Source of the DNA: Methanobacteriota archaeon
GTDB taxonomy: Archaea > JAADCQ01 > Methanopyri > Methanopyrales > Methanopyraceae
Reading direction: 5' to 3'
NCBI GenBank assembly: GCA_027064305.1
Contig: JAMOPY010000028.1
Coordinates: 1-35,682, forward strand
Length of the DNA stretch: 35,682 bases
Part shown: positions 34,235 to 35,682 of the stretch, one piece after another
How positions within the stretch are numbered: position 1 is the stretch's first letter
How the letters are laid out: every line of letters starts with the position of its first letter
The notes under the pieces: model-generated
Database searches by the model: none
What the model saw: only the letters and a program-made list of their open reading frames with translations
Told to the model about the DNA's origin: nothing
Program-made: the position numbers and the translations under genes

Positions 34235-35593
34235 TTGGGACTCAGCCGGCAGGAACTGACCGTGCGCGTGCTCGTGCGGTGGGAGCGCACGCGCCGGTCC
34301 CTGCGCACCTGCGTCAAGCGGGTGCTCCTGAACGCCGGCGTCCGGGACCATAAGGTGTGGGGGACCGTGCACGCGTACTGCATGGAGCTGATGAAGCGGC
34401 TGCGGACCGTCGACGCGTTCCTGGAGGCGGCCGTGCGGAACGCCCGCGTCCCGGACCTGGACCCCTGGGTGCGCAACGCGCTCCGCGTGGCCACGTTCGA
34501 GATGAAGTGCAACGACGTCAAGCCCGCGATCGCGACCAACGAGGCGGTACGGATCGTGCTCCGGAGGCTCGGGGAGGGGCCCGCCCGGTTCGTGAACGCC
34601 GTCCTGTACGACGTCGAGGAGCTGTCCCTGGACGACGTGCTGGACCGCGCCCGGGACGAGGTCGAGCGCCTCGCGATCGAGCACTCCCACCCCGAGTGGT
34701 TCGTCCGCCACCTCCTGGACACCGTCGGTCGGGAGGAGCTTGAGCGGCTGATGCGGGCGAACAACCGGGAGCCCGAGCGCTACCTCCGCGTTCACGCGCA
34801 CCGGGTCGACCCGGACCGGGCCATCCTCGCGCTGGAGCGGGAGGGGGTGGTCGTCGAGGAGGACCCGGACGTGCCACTGATCCTGCGGGTGGTGGAGCAC
34901 GACGTTCCGCCCGTGCGCACGGAACCGTACCGACGGGGCTGGGTCGCGTACCAGGACAAGGCCTCGGCCGCCGCGGCGTACGCCCTGCGGCCCGACCCGG
35001 GCGACGCCGTCCTGGACGCGTGCGCGGCCCCGGGGAACAAGTCCGCCTACCTGTACGCCCTGACGGAGGGGGAGCTCGAGCTCACCTGCGTGGACGTGAA
35101 CCCGCGCCGGCTCCGCGAGCTGCGCCGGAACTTCCGGAGGTGGGGCGTCGAGGCGCGGGTCCGCCGCGCGGACGCCACCCGGCTGGCGCGGGAGCTTCGG
35201 GGCGAGCGGTTCGACCTCGCGCTCGTCGACCCGCCCTGCTCCAGCTCCGGCGCGTACGCCCGCTCGCCCGAGGCCCGGTGGACCGTCCGCTGGCGGCACG
35301 TGAAGAGGTACGCCCGCGGCCAGCTGGCCATCCTCCGGGGCGTCGCCCCCCTGGTCGAGCGCGCCCTCGTGTACTCCACCTGCTCCGTCACGGTCGTCGA
35401 GAACGAGGAGGTCGTGCGCCGATTCCTCCGCGGGATGGACGGGTTCGAGCCGGAGCGGCCGTTCACGTTCGGCTCGCCCGGCGTCGAGCGCTGGCTCGAC
35501 CACCGCTACCCGTGGCACGACCGCGTCCGGCGCCTGTGGCCGCACCGGCACCGAACCGAGGGCTTCTTTACCGCCCGCCTGGAGCGCTCGTAG
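34235..35593 (+). CDS. RsmB/NOP2 (Sun/Fmu) RNA m5C methyltransferase with N-terminal NusB-like domain
   Basis: NEAV..ARFVNAVL, HSHPEW, YQDKAS, LDACAAPGNKS, DPPCSSSG, VYSTCS..ENE, EGFFTARL. Confidence 0.92.
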   Translation: MGLSRQELTVRVLVRWERTRRSLRTCVKRVLLNAGVRDHKVWGTVHAYCMELMKRLRTVDAFLEAAVRNARVPDLDPWVRNALRVATFEMKCNDVKPAIATNEAVRIVLRRLGEGPARFVNAVLYDVEELSLDDVLDRARDEVERLAIEHSHPEWFVRHLLDTVGREELERLMRANNREPERYLRVHAHRVDPDRAILALEREGVVVEEDPDVPLILRVVEHDVPPVRTEPYRRGWVAYQDKASAAAAYALRPDPGDAVLDACAAPGNKSAYLYALTEGELELTCVDVNPRRLRELRRNFRRWGVEARVRRADATRLARELRGERFDLALVDPPCSSSGAYARSPEARWTVRWRHVKRYARGQLAILRGVAPLVERALVYSTCSVTVVENEEVVRRFLRGMDGFEPERPFTFGSPGVERWLDHRYPWHDRVRRLWPHRHRTEGFFTARLERS

Positions 35594-35594
35594 G

Positions 35595-35654
35595 GCCGAT
35601 GAGGAGCCTACCCCGAGTCTGAGGCCCGATGACGAGTTGGACGGGGGCCGAGGC
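35595..35654 (+). ncRNA. Box C/D methylation guide sRNA
   Basis: C ATGAGGA 35599-35605; guide GCCTACCCCGAGT; D' CTGA 35619-35622; C' ATGACGA 35629-35635; guide GTTGGACGGGGG; D CCGA 35648-35651; terminal GCC/GGC stem. Confidence 0.8.
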
Positions 35655-35682
35655 GCCTCGGCACCCTGGCCCCTCTTCATCG
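35655..35682 (-). ncRNA. 3' half of a second box C/D sRNA (5' half outside the window)
   Basis: Minus strand reads CG-ATGAAGA (C')-GGGGCCAGGGTG (12-nt guide)-CCGA (D)-GGC, the same layout as the neighbouring sRNA. Confidence 0.6.

Overview
GC-rich, densely coding archaeal DNA whose gene content and protein style point to a Methanopyrus-like hyperthermophilic methanogen (inference). From left to right the window holds: a CDC48/VCP AAA ATPase (minus strand, truncated by the window edge, missed by the ORF track) with a 387-aa LAGLIDADG intein; mptA, a hypothetical gene, lysA and a radical SAM protein flanked by two wHTH domains; a small P-loop NTPase and an orphan gene; a MoxR AAA+/VWA pair head-to-head with a complete energy-converting hydrogenase A (eha) operon that ends in four polyferredoxins and a CBS protein; a wHTH protein; hflX; a DUF356/methyltransferase/MazG/FtsA-like/membrane-anchor cluster; mbf1; a ThDP enzyme split into two genes in reversed domain order with a secreted papain-like protein between the halves; nadC, a DUF1152-like gene and an RsmB/NOP2 methyltransferase; and two tail-to-tail box C/D guide RNAs at the right edge. 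The strongest candidates for undescribed systems are the archaeal FtsA-like ATPase with its putative membrane anchor, the wHTH-radical SAM-wHTH protein, the MoxR/VWA pair facing Eha, the split ThDP enzyme with the inserted peptidase, and the unannotated sRNA pair. All family assignments come from reading motifs by eye; no database search was run.
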